Positions 11,028 to 20,946 of a stretch of DNA of 64,000 bases are shown one piece after another. The notes under the pieces were generated by a model, which had not been told where the DNA came from, ran no database searches, and saw nothing but the letters and a program-made list of their open reading frames with translations. The stretch covers positions 273,130 to 337,129 of the forward strand of contig OY760427.1 in the NCBI GenBank assembly GCA_963663495.1, written 5' to 3'. The stretch comes from Rhodothermales bacterium (GTDB lineage: Bacteria; Bacteroidota; Rhodothermia; Rhodothermales; Bin80). Within the stretch, counting starts at the first letter, position 1. Every line of letters begins with the position of its first letter. A program made the translations under genes and the position numbers.

Positions 11028-11578
11028 AAAGATGTGTCGTTCGGGTCGCCGAGATTATCGGTGCGGTCGAAGGCAATATGTTCGTCATCGTTATGGTGAG
11101 AGGGCGGACAGGCCCGCGGTGTCTAAGACCCCATGGACGTATGTACATATCCTGCCGGGACCTGGGAGATCTTTTCAACGCCCAGCGCCAAGGGCGGGGC
11201 CGCCGAAGCGTAGGCGAAATGCTGATCGGAGGATGTACGTTGAAGAGAAGTCCGATGCGATGATAGTAGTGATGAAGCTGGCGAACAAAGCATGGAAGAC
11301 CATGTGGCGGAGTTGGTGGAGCGAAGCGTCGCACCCGAGGGGAAACCGTAGTTCCCGGCATGCACTGGACGCAGAACCAGGTTCGTATGCAACATGGCAC
11401 GCACTGGACACAGAGCCAGGTTCGTGTGCCAGGGGAAGGTGCGGTTACGGCAACGGACCGGTTTGCTGGTCTGTTAACGTCATGCGCGGTGGCGCGACCC
11501 AAGGGAAGAGCCGGATGCGTTAGCGCGCACGTCCGGATCTGTGCGGGGCCTCCGGGGAAACCCGGGGGCTACCGCGAG
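11028..11578 (+). ncRNA. ORF-less group II intron copy (distal DI to DVI) nested in domain I of the outer intron
   Basis: 11028-11175 is homologous to 11579-11725. It has its own DV GAGCCGGATGCG..CGCACGTCCGGATC and DVI ending CTACCGCGAG. DIV keeps only remnants of the RT start and RT end. Confidence 0.8.
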
Positions 11579-11783
11579 AAAGACTTCTTGTTCGGGTTGC
11601 CGAGGCTCTTCCTTTGGTCGAAGGCAACATGTCCGTCATCGTTATGGTAAGATGGCGGACAGGCCCGCGGTGTCCGAGACCCCATGGACGCACGTACATA
11701 CCTTGTCGGGACCTGGGAGGTCTTCATACTGTCCTGCAGTCGTGCGGGACCGCGAAGGAAAGGTGGAGACACCGTAACCGGAG

Positions 11784-13292
11784 ATGCACGGTATGAAGAA
11801 GTCAGACGACAGCATAGTAGCGATGAATGCTGCGAACAAAGGGGACGATACCCTGGCGGAGCAGCGGGAGCGAAGGCTGTCGCCCGAGGGGAAATCGCGA
11901 GATCCTACCACGCACCAGGCGCAGAAATGGGCTCGCGTGTCACAGGGGAAGGAGCGGTTACGGGAGTTCGTGAAGCGAAACCCAGCGGAGCGTCTCACGA
12001 CGTTACTGCACCATGTCAGCATGGAAGCGCTTAGGACTGCCTTCCACGCGCAGAAGTGTGAAGCGGCACCGGGAGTGGATGGTATGACATGGGAGAGGTA
12101 CGCGGAGGATTTGGAGGACCGTATGACGGACCTTCACCGACGTGTACATACAGGAGCGTACCGGGCGACCCCGTCCAAGCGGGTAGAGATACCCAAGCCG
12201 GACGGAGGTACACGACCGCTTGGCATGGCTGCACTGGAGGACAAGATCGTCCAGAGGGCTGTGGTGGAACGTATACTGACTCCGATTTTCGAGGAGGAGT
12301 TTGTGGGTTTCAGCTATGGGTTCCGGCCGAAGCGCAGCGCGCACGACGTGTTGGATGCTTTGGCATACGTGATAGAGCGTCGCAAGGTCAACTACATTGT
12401 GGACGCCGACATTCGCAAGTTCTTTGACACGGTAAACCAGGAGTGGCTTATCCGCTTCTTGGAGCATCGTATTGCGGATAAGCGGGTGATTCGGTTGATC
12501 ATCAAGTGGTTGAAGGCGGGCGTGATGGTAGATGGGATGTGGCGGGATAGTGAGGAGGGTACACCGCAGGGTGCGGTGATTTCCCCTATACTGGCCAACA
12601 TTTATCTTCATTACGTGTTGGATCTTTGGACCGATGCATGGCGCAAGTCACAGCGGAGTGCGGGGGAGGTCTACATCATTCGTTATGCGGATGATTTCGT
12701 GGTGTGTTTCCAGTACGAGGGGACAGCGCAACGTTATCTGCGTGCACTGCGGGATCGGCTTGATACGTTCGGGTTGAGACTGCATCCGGGGAAGACTCGT
12801 CTGATTGAATTCGGGCGACATGCCGAGGAAGATCGCAGGAAGCGTGGTGAGGGTCGACCGGAGACATTCGACTTTCTGGGATTTACGCATTACTGTCGTA
12901 GAGATCGGAGGGGGCGATTTAGTCTTGGTCGTAAGCCGATAGCCAAGCGTATGGCTCGTTTTCTGAAGCGCGTGAAGGGGCAGCTGATTCGCCGCATGCA
13001 CCGCCCGGTGCATGAGACGGGGAAATGGTTGGGGCGGGTGCTCAACGGATGGTTGAATTACTATGCCGTACCGACGAGTTACCGGTACCTTGCGAGCTGC
13101 TACATCCGGCTGTACTGGATATGGATGCGTGTGTTACGACGACGTTCCCAGCGGGATCGTACGACGTGGGACACGATGGACAAGCTCACTGCGATACACT
13201 GGCCGAAGTTGGAGATCCGGCACCCATGGCCTTCCACACGATTCACCGTTAAGCGCGCTGGCGCGACCCAAGGGAGGAGCAGGATGCGTTAA
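11784..13292 (+). CDS. ltrA: Group II intron reverse transcriptase/maturase, no endonuclease domain
   Basis: Motifs APGVDG, IPKPDGGTRPLG, SYGFRPKRS, DADIRKFFD, GTPQGAVISPILANIYL, RYADDF, FDFLGF and the X domain GWLNYY. No HNH at the C-terminus. True start may be ~11938. Confidence 0.95.
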   Translation: MHGMKKSDDSIVAMNAANKGDDTLAEQRERRLSPEGKSRDPTTHQAQKWARVSQGKERLREFVKRNPAERLTTLLHHVSMEALRTAFHAQKCEAAPGVDGMTWERYAEDLEDRMTDLHRRVHTGAYRATPSKRVEIPKPDGGTRPLGMAALEDKIVQRAVVERILTPIFEEEFVGFSYGFRPKRSAHDVLDALAYVIERRKVNYIVDADIRKFFDTVNQEWLIRFLEHRIADKRVIRLIIKWLKAGVMVDGMWRDSEEGTPQGAVISPILANIYLHYVLDLWTDAWRKSQRSAGEVYIIRYADDFVVCFQYEGTAQRYLRALRDRLDTFGLRLHPGKTRLIEFGRHAEEDRRKRGEGRPETFDFLGFTHYCRRDRRGRFSLGRKPIAKRMARFLKRVKGQLIRRMHRPVHETGKWLGRVLNGWLNYYAVPTSYRYLASCYIRLYWIWMRVLRRRSQRDRTTWDTMDKLTAIHWPKLEIRHPWPSTRFTVKRAGATQGRSRMR

Positions 13293-13348
13293 CGCGCACG
13301 TCCGGATCTGTGCGGGGGGCCCGGGGCGACTCGGGTCCCTACCGGTAT

Positions 13349-14144
13349 GAAGGAAGGGAGGAAAAACGAAGGAAAGACGCATCGCGGCTATCTTTGGGTA
13401 TACCTGGCACCGCGGGCGAAGGTGGTGATGATGGATTACTGCCCGAGCCGTGCGCGCGCTGGACCGTGGGAATTCTTGCGCGGATATAAAGGGGCGATGC
13501 AAACCGACGGGTATGTGGTGTACGATGCGTTTGGTACGCGGGGCGGGATAACGCTGTTTGGATGTATGGCGCATGCGCGTCGCAAGTTTTATGACTGCAG
13601 GAAAAAGGAGCCCAAGAAGGTGCGCCATGTAATGGAGGAAATCCGGCAGTTGTATGCGATAGAGCGTGGGTTGCGTAAGGAGGGAGCTGGTCCGGCTCGG
13701 CGTGTGAAGGTACGACAGGAGGAGGCACGACCGGTGCTGGAGAAGTTGAAGCCATGGCTTGAGGAGAGTCGTGAGCACCGGCCGAGTGCGGGATGGGATG
13801 AAGCCGTGGGGTACATGCTCAACAGGTGGGAGAAGCTGGCTTGTTACCTGGAAGACGGCAAGGTTGAGATTGATAACAATCTGGTCGAGAACCAGATGCG
13901 GGCGATTGCGCTTGGTCGGAAAAACCATCTGTTTGCGGGATCGCATGCGGCAGCGCAGCGGTCCGCAGTACTGTACGCTCTTTTTGCCACATGCAAGTTG
14001 CAATCGACAAACCCGATTGAATGGCTTACCGACGTACTACGCCGTCTTCCGACACATCCTGCCGACCGCATGGCTGAACTCTTGCCCCATCATTGGAAAG
14101 CTAGTCGGGACTTGCAGCAAGCTACCGTCAAGAAAGCGGCATAG
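13349..14144 (+). pseudogene. IS66-family transposase TnpC, 3' half
   Basis: GKTHRGYLWVY, MQTDGYVVY, GCMAHARRKF, EIDNNLVENQMRAIALGRKNHLFAGS and ELLPHHWK. The N-terminal half is absent. Confidence 0.9.
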
Positions 14145-14315
14145 GAGCCCCTAAACAGGCGCGCCCGGGTCATCCGATAGATCCGTGTACGGGTCTGGGT
14201 CTGCGAATACGCTGTTAGGTACTTGACTCCTGCACACCCAACCGACGCTAGCCCATAAACCTTCGAACCGCGCTCTAACTTACTCTAATTGAGAGAGTAA
14301 ATACCCTCGGTTATA

Positions 14316-14337
14316 ATGTACTTCACCGGACGGATAC
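14316..14337 (-). repeat. IS66 right terminal inverted repeat
   Basis: Reverse complement GTATCCGTCCGGTGAAGTACAT matches the IS66 left end at 22405 (GTAAGCGTGCGGTGAACTACAT) at 18/22 positions. Confidence 0.8.
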
Positions 14338-15012
14338 CCACTGACGGTGCGTACGCACCCGGTTGAAGGCCTTCTTCAAGGTACGACTCCAGTACACAGC
14401 CTTGCGCCAGCCCGCAAGGCTGTGCGCCTCACATGCGCAATGCAACTCCCGAATCAGGCACCGCATCGATTCCCACAACAAACGAACATCCGTAGGCCAT
14501 TCCACATTCGCTTTGGCCACCGACGAATCAACCCGGCAAAGAAGCGGTTCCTCTGGCTCCTGTTCTACCAATTGGTGACCGCAAGCCACCACCGCATCGT
14601 TGATCTGCTTCAGGATGTCCTCTGTAAGCAAGCTTACGTTATCAATAACGGTCTGCAGCTGATAAACGGGCTCGTCCCAGAAATTCGTATGCCCCAGCAT
14701 CTGGCGCACCTCCAAATGATTGGCGGCCAGGCTCCTCAAACGATCAAAGTCGCAGTTGAGGGCCTGCTTCAATACCCCCAAGACAAAGACGCGCCAAAGT
14801 GCCATCCCCGGACGACCACGCTGCAAATCAATATTCGGAAGCAACTGCTTCTCCAGGATCTCAAAGACCTTCTGCTGATCCGTTGCGTCGCAATACAGGT
14901 GTTGCAGTCCTTTTAGCGCTGCTGGTATATCGTCCCGGTCTTTGGGGTGGAAGGTCATCTCTTCAATGGGGACCTGCCCGAGCTTAAACTGAGTATCCTC
15001 TACAATCCGCAT
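14338..15012 (-). pseudogene. ISNCY/IS5-like transposase, N-terminal fragment cut at the IS66 end
   Basis: RDDIPAALKGLQHLY, GRPGMALWRVFVLGVLKQALNCDFDRL and CRVDSSVAKANVEWPTDVRLL. The frame runs into the IS66 right end. Confidence 0.75.
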
Positions 15013-15955
15013 GGTATTAATCGTATGAATAATCGGCCCCAAGGGGCCTTATATCGATGAAAACGCCCGAAACAGAAGGATTTGGCCAAACATTCGTTAG
15101 AGACACGCTGGCTGAATAATCTGCAATGTGCAAAATACGGTATGGCTCATAACCATCTGTAAACGTACCGCTTACAGATTGTTATAATGAATATCAAACG
15201 GCCTTGTTTCGCCGTTTTTCAGCCCGCATAACTTTTTCTGGCAATCACTTGTTAGCGGCGGTGCTGTTGGTGGCTATAATGGGCGATTATGCGCCGCGGA
15301 AGAATCGTCAACCAGGTCACACTGCGCTGTGGCGCGGATACAGCAGTCTGCAAATCCGGGCAAGTCATCATGAGGATTTGACCACAACAGGTCAACTGGT
15401 GGTGCCTCCTCCTCCATAGGATAGGTCTGTGCTTACCTCCTGATTTTCTCTGCCTAAGGCTCGTGCTATCAGCACGAGGGGCCATGTCATTGATTTTACG
15501 GCGATCAGCAAATCGCGGTATCCGCATTGTTATGTCCGCCCGAGGAACGCGGCACATTGACACCGCTCTATGTGCCGATCCGCACAAGGAATTGCGCTCA
15601 GCCACCGATCTGTACCTTACCTTGTTACCCGGATCTGGTGCTGTTGCCCCACAAAACCACATAACAACATGCTAACCGACCCAGTTGACACCCCCTCTTG
15701 TCAAGCTAGCTAATGTGGGCGGTAGGCAGGCCAAGGTTGGTCTGCCTACCGATCCAGCAATTCGTGCCGGGTGACGCCCGTGCGCGGTGGGCGATGTACA
15801 CACATTATTGAGCTGGTGCAAGAATAGACACGACGCTTGGCGTTCACGAATGTTAATGCCCGGGCGGACCCTCATCCCCTTCATGATTGCACGGCGGAAA
15901 TGTTAGGCTACAGACTGTCCACTCCATGAGCATGGAGCATGTCTCTCCCTCCAAT

Positions 15956-17119
15956 TCAGGCGGCTTTCTTGACAAAGCCGTGTACACACTCGGTTCGCAT
16001 CCGCTTACCGAGACTTCCCCCGGGGCGGACCGGTAAGTACCGATAGCGTTCTGGCAGCACACGTTCTGAAGAATGTATCGGCTTAAGCCCCACCATCATA
16101 GCTGCTTCAACCAATCCGTCAGAATTTTGGACATACGTGTTCCTGATGCAGTTGTTGCCAATGACAAACGTAGCCTCGCCACCAGTTCGCAACACTCTGG
16201 CGACCTCCACCATCATATGGTACAGGTCTGCAGCATAGCGGTCAACGATACGCTGAAAGCGTCGCGGCAACTGTTCGATCTGCCCCATTGCATCTTTGAT
16301 ACGTGCAAATTGGCTGGCGCTATTACGGTCACGAGGCGCCCTCTCCGCGCCAATGTTGCTTGACCGGATACGTCGGAGCGTCTTCAGATCGTACCCAAGC
16401 CACACCAGGGCCATTCTGTGACCGCGCAGGTAGTCTATCGCATTAAGGTAAGGCGGGGAGGTTAGCACCGCATCCATGGTACCGTCACCGATCCTAGTCA
16501 GTTGCCGTGCATCACCCTGCGCCACTGTTGCTGTCCCCACGGGTGGGTTCTCCGACAGGCGGCGGCACAGCAAACGAATTGCTTTCTTGTAGCCGGGCAC
16601 CACATTGTAGTCCGATTCCAGGCAAACCCGATGCGGACGACTGTGCGATGTGTCTTGAGCTAGGGAAGCACATGGCTCCTTGGTAACAACAATCCTGCTG
16701 AGGGCCAATCGCAGCACATCCAGTGTCGCAGGATCAACATTCTCCTGCCCAGAACCATACTGATCAAGAACAAATGCTAGTCGTCGCAAGTCGGCACGCT
16801 GAGTATCACCAAACCAGAACCGTGAAAACTCCGCTGTCTCCCTATCCCGGTCCATCCAAGGAAGAAACACGGCCTTGGAGTCCGTTACTCTTGCATCCTC
16901 CAACACGCGTTTAGCCAAGTTCCACACACTACGCTCGTCTATAGGCGTTGTCCATACGCGCGCCATCAGAATGGCCAACGGATCCGTATCAAAGCCTGCC
17001 GCAGTATGCCCCAATGACATTGCCTGACGAAGGACAACTCCAGATCCCGCCATTGGGTCAAGAACGCGACTCCCCTGGTCCAGTCCAGATAGGCGCTCCA
17101 GTGCCAAGTCGGGAGCCAT
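15956..17119 (-). CDS. DNA amino-methyltransferase (N4-C/N6-A, SPPY type), possibly 5'-damaged
   Basis: SAM motif VLDPMAGSG and catalytic LTSPPYLNAIDY. The HPFPARM motif lies upstream of the called start, behind an in-frame TAA at 17156-17158. Confidence 0.85.
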   Translation of the reverse strand: MAPDLALERLSGLDQGSRVLDPMAGSGVVLRQAMSLGHTAAGFDTDPLAILMARVWTTPIDERSVWNLAKRVLEDARVTDSKAVFLPWMDRDRETAEFSRFWFGDTQRADLRRLAFVLDQYGSGQENVDPATLDVLRLALSRIVVTKEPCASLAQDTSHSRPHRVCLESDYNVVPGYKKAIRLLCRRLSENPPVGTATVAQGDARQLTRIGDGTMDAVLTSPPYLNAIDYLRGHRMALVWLGYDLKTLRRIRSSNIGAERAPRDRNSASQFARIKDAMGQIEQLPRRFQRIVDRYAADLYHMMVEVARVLRTGGEATFVIGNNCIRNTYVQNSDGLVEAAMMVGLKPIHSSERVLPERYRYLPVRPGGSLGKRMRTECVHGFVKKAA

Positions 17120-17168
17120 TCTGGCTGGGAATGGATGGATGGGTTGAATTCTGGCTTAGCTCATCCTC

Positions 17169-19488
17169 CTATTTAGCGTTGGCGTATTCACGATTTTCCA
17201 GCTGGGACATCACGGTCTCCCTCAATCGTACTGCAGTGGTATTCAACTCAATTTGACCATTCTTGTATGCAATCAGATCGGGAGCAATACCTTCAAGTCC
17301 TTTGGCGAGGGTCCTGACATCATCTGACTTGACTTTGTGACGACCCACAATCCTGTTACATTCCATGCCAATCAATGCAGGCGGTAGCTCATCGGTAACA
17401 TCCTCCTTGAGCTTTACCAATGCCTTAAGGAACACATCTATCGTAAGTCTCCGATTCGATCTCAAGTACTCGTCCAGTCCAGCTACCCAGTAGCTGACCT
17501 CACATGGGTCATAGAGCTCAAACATTTCTTGAAGCTTTCCCAAGGATACAGCACCGTACCGTACTGTATGCTGCAGTAGAGTCCCCAAGTCTCTGGTTTT
17601 CAGAGGTGTCACACGCTGGGCCTCAAAGCGATGGATGGAGGAACCACTGGCAAAGTCTGGTGCAATCACAAGAGCGTAGTCAGCCTTGTACATATCGCGA
17701 TGCTGAACAATCGCATCCAGCCGGACATTGTTTGTCTTGACTTTACTCTTGCCTGTAGCCTTGGTATCATAAGTAAAACTGTAGTTTGGCGTAGGCGCGG
17801 AGCCGCCTACGGAACCCGTTTTCGGCGGCAACAAGTGCGCCCTTGCTAAGCCATCCGGTTCTCCAGACTTTCCCATTCTGGTAACCTCAAACCCCAAGTA
17901 GCGTAATGCTTCCGCAGACGCAGCTTCCAATAGTTGGAAGTTTTCATTGTCGTGATGGCTCCGCAAGAGTAAACTCCAGACGAGGTCACCGGAACGGCGG
18001 TCTTTCACGGCAGAATATCGCATTAGACTATCCCGGTATCCCCTCATGGTATCCATCATCCGTGGATCAATCCCAATATTGATTCCTTGAACATCGGACA
18101 AAACAGTAATCATTGCGAGATTGCGCAACAGAATCTTCCCGGCTTTACCCCTTGCGTGCTCCTGGACAAACGGATGTTTTTTATTCACCACGATTGAACG
18201 ATCGCTCACTTTGTACTTCACAAAGCTAGCGTCCGCATACTCCCCGAATCTCACTTCACCGAGTGCACTACCAATGTCTTCTGTCGTGCTTTTCAGCCAC
18301 TCTTCGCGGTGGGCTTCGCGATCCGTGATATCCGATTCATCAAACAGGTCTGGGAATGGTGGCTCCATCCTCAATGATTCGGATACAACACTTTGAAGTG
18401 GCTTAAGGGAAACAAAACCGAGATTCCTGACAAGATAGTCTCCTCCGTCTGGCATCACTGCGGACTTATCATCGTCAAACAAGCCTCGGGCTTTGTTAAA
18501 CGCCTTTCTCAAGAATGCACGGAAGACGGACACCTCGCGCCGATCCTGAAACTGCTCACGATTGGTCGTGATAAAGTCGTCTAAGCCATCGGCCCGAACC
18601 GTCATTCGGAACCGGGCCCATGCTGCGTGGCTCAGATTCTTCTCCCCAAAGCTAGGATCTCCCTGATTGACTAAACGTCCCCGAACGTTGATAAGAAAGC
18701 CGTTTGAAGCTCCGTGTTTCTCGCTCTTGCCCCCGCTAATCTTGTCCCGATAGAGCCTGACTCTGCCCGTAATTCTTCCAATTCCGGGAATCTTGGCATA
18801 CGGGACATCCTCGTTTCCGTATTCGATGGAAACGATAGACTGAGCTGGCATAGCCTCGGTCTCAACTGCATTGCTCAGCTGACCGGAATGCCTAGTGTCA
18901 GGCGCGGTGTCTTCGTGGCTTGCAACCGTTAAGGTTTCGAATTCAAGTTCTGGACCTATTACCCATTCGCATGTTACCGGAAAATTCACTTTGGGTGACA
19001 TGAGCCGCTCACCATTGAGGTAGATCGCCATATCCGTTCCGAGAGGAAGCGCCGACGCTAACATTCGCCGAAGTATTCCTGCCTTCAGGTTTTGTCCGGT
19101 GGGCTTCAAATCAGAAAGGATTACCAGGGTCCAAGTCTTCCCATTCGGCTGCGGATGCGCAGACGAACTGGTCCCATACTCGCAGCCGCTGGGGTCTGGC
19201 TGCACCTCAGGCGCTGTATTTGTGCGTGACTGAAAGCCCTTATGAATTCGTTGACGAATCTCTTCTCCACCGCAGGTCTTCGCAAGAACAGCTTCCACCT
19301 CCGGCCATGTAACCTCATAAACAGGCAATTCCAATTCGCTGATTAGTCTGCCTTCATGTCGGCCGTCCAGGTTCTCAATCTCCCCATAATCCATCGTAAC
19401 CATACGGATGACAGCGTCGTCTCCACAGCTAATGTATGTGAGTTTCTTCGCCAGCACATACGTGGCAAGTTTTCCGATGCCAAACTTA
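17169..19488 (-). pseudogene. GHKL/MORC-like ATPase with C-terminal PD-(D/E)xK-like nuclease domain, 5'-truncated
   Basis: The frame extends upstream to KFGIGKLATY (GHKL G2 box) and stops at the TnpB element end. It also has WTLVILSDLK, NGFLINVRGRLVN, and C-terminal GEPDGLA..YDTKAT. Confidence 0.75.
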
Positions 19489-20766
19489 GGGAATTATATA
19501 CGTGAGTGACCAACTGTACACAGTGAGGCACTAGTATCAATTTCACGGGTCATAGGGGTCGGTAACCCGAACGCCCCTCGCCGTGCAGAAGCCCCAATCC
19601 CGGAGGCCAGTATGTTTGCAGCCGCATTCAGGTCTGCATGATCCGCATGTCCACAGGACATACACGTGAATGTGCTCTGCGTCTTACGGTTACTCGCTTC
19701 TGTGTGCCCACACACAGAACACCGCTGACTGGTATAGGCAGCGGTAACCTTTATCACCTTGCGGCACTTATAGCCCAGCATCTGATCCAGCTGGCCCCAA
19801 CCTGTTCGCAGTATTCCACGGTTGAGGCCAGACTTCTGTCTGACGTTTGTGCCAAAGCTCTCCATCGTCCCCTTAGCTGAACGTGTCATCGCTTTGATCT
19901 TTAGGTCCTCCAGTATCACCGTTGAGGAGCATTTGGCAATACTGCGACTTACCTGGTGGTTCGCATTCTTGAGGACGTTAGCACGCTTGCGCTGTATGCG
20001 GGCGATTCTATGCTTCCGCCTGTTACGACGGTTGGAGCCTTTCTTCTGTCTCGCCAGTCTTCGCTGATGCCGCTTCAACTTGGCATCAAGACGCTTGGTA
20101 TCCGGTTGTCTGATAATGCTTGTATCGCCCTCTGTGGAGACCATAGCGATCTGCCCGCAATTACGGTCAATGCCTACAGCACTGCCGGTATCCTCTATTA
20201 CAGGTGCCTCAATCTTGTAGCAGATGACAGCATACCCTTTGCCGGCGTTCTTCTTTACAGTGGCTTTGATGGGTATACCATCAGGGTACGGGTTGCCTCC
20301 CCGCCTGCGGAGCGCCATATATCCCACTTTCGGGATATACAGCTTGCCATCCCGAACCCTTACGTTATCCGGGATCGTGAACGAAGGCGTACTACCACGT
20401 CTGGAATGGAATCTCGGTCTTCTCTTACCTTCCTTGAAGAATGCCTTCCATGCATCCGCCTGATATTTCAATGTGTATCTAACGACACCAAAGGAGTATT
20501 CAGGTAGCCACTCGACCGTACGGCGCAGTGCCGTGAACCGCTTCCCCAGCGAGAAGAAGCTTACCGAGGGCGGCTTCTCTCCAGCCTCTTTCGCTTTCTT
20601 GTACGCCTCGCTCTGCTCTGCGAGGATGGCATTCCACACAAACCTACACGCACCCGCTAATCCAGCAAGTTGCTTGGCGTTACTTCGACTTCCGGGCAAC
20701 AGCCTGTATGTGATATTGCGGTATGCACTAACCGTTTCGGGCATGGCACTGTGATATATAACTCCC
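19489..20766 (-). mobile_element. Non-autonomous TnpB element bounded by IS1595-like TIRs (1278 bp)
   Basis: Ends are GGGAGTTATATA (20766, minus) and TATATAATTCCC (19489), 11/12 identical as inverted repeats. The 3' boundary is confirmed by the second copy ending at 51040. Confidence 0.8.
19494..20744 (-). CDS. tnpB: RNA-guided endonuclease TnpB family protein
   Basis: N-terminal YRL..GACRFVWN, RuvC-I VGIDRN, RuvC-II VILEDL, zinc finger CSVC..CMSC and RuvC-III HADLNAAANIL. 416 aa. Confidence 0.95.
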   Translation of the reverse strand: MPETVSAYRNITYRLLPGSRSNAKQLAGLAGACRFVWNAILAEQSEAYKKAKEAGEKPPSVSFFSLGKRFTALRRTVEWLPEYSFGVVRYTLKYQADAWKAFFKEGKRRPRFHSRRGSTPSFTIPDNVRVRDGKLYIPKVGYMALRRRGGNPYPDGIPIKATVKKNAGKGYAVICYKIEAPVIEDTGSAVGIDRNCGQIAMVSTEGDTSIIRQPDTKRLDAKLKRHQRRLARQKKGSNRRNRRKHRIARIQRKRANVLKNANHQVSRSIAKCSSTVILEDLKIKAMTRSAKGTMESFGTNVRQKSGLNRGILRTGWGQLDQMLGYKCRKVIKVTAAYTSQRCSVCGHTEASNRKTQSTFTCMSCGHADHADLNAAANILASGIGASARRGAFGLPTPMTREIDTSASLCTVGHSRI

Positions 20767-20774
20767 TAATATAT

Positions 20775-20946
20775 GATAATTATATTCCATGCGTACCCAC
20801 GTGTTGAGTTATTTGAAATAATTGCAGTCTTTTCGTGAAAAGCGGGAACCGATTATGAACAACTGGCGAAAGCCATCCTGTCTGCACCACCAAAGCACAA
20901 TAAGTAACTCCTGCGAAAACGCGTGGCATTCAGCCATATAACTCCC
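20775..20946 (-). mobile_element. MITE-like IS1595-end derivative, second copy
   Basis: Reverse complement aligns along its length with 3255-3425. Confidence 0.72.

Larger units (their letters stand above)
10874..13348 (+). mobile_element. Group II intron (IIB-like, RT-encoding), outer intron
   Basis: 5' GTGCG at 10874. DV GAGCAGGATGCG..CGCACGTCCGGATC and DVI ending CCCTACCGGTAT at 13348. EBS1 TCCTTT (11610-11615) pairs with AAAGGA (10868-10873). EBS2-like CTTCTTG (11584-11590) pairs with CAAGAAG (10858-10864). Confidence 0.88.

Noticed and set aside
11357-11429. Possible CRISPR array (also considered 27431-28183)
   Set aside because: Only two units are present, with no regular unique spacers and no cas genes in the window.
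10921-11523. 200-aa ORF and neighbouring short ORFs
   Set aside because: They overlap structured group II intron RNA domains. Only the last few codons echo the RT C-terminus.
11784-13292. RT as part of a DGR, retron or CRISPR-associated system
   Set aside because: It has a YADD RT with maturase X domain followed directly by DV/DVI. No TR/VR pair with adenine-specific mismatches, no msr-msd and no cas1 were seen.
15204-15950. Short ORFs between the ISNCY fragment and the MTase
   Set aside because: They are overlapping small ORFs on both strands with no recognisable motif.
19481-20774. Target-site duplication around the TnpB element
   Set aside because: The flanks CAAACTTA and TAATATAT do not match beyond TA. 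The ATPase 5' part is missing, which suggests adjacent deletion, so no TSD is claimed.
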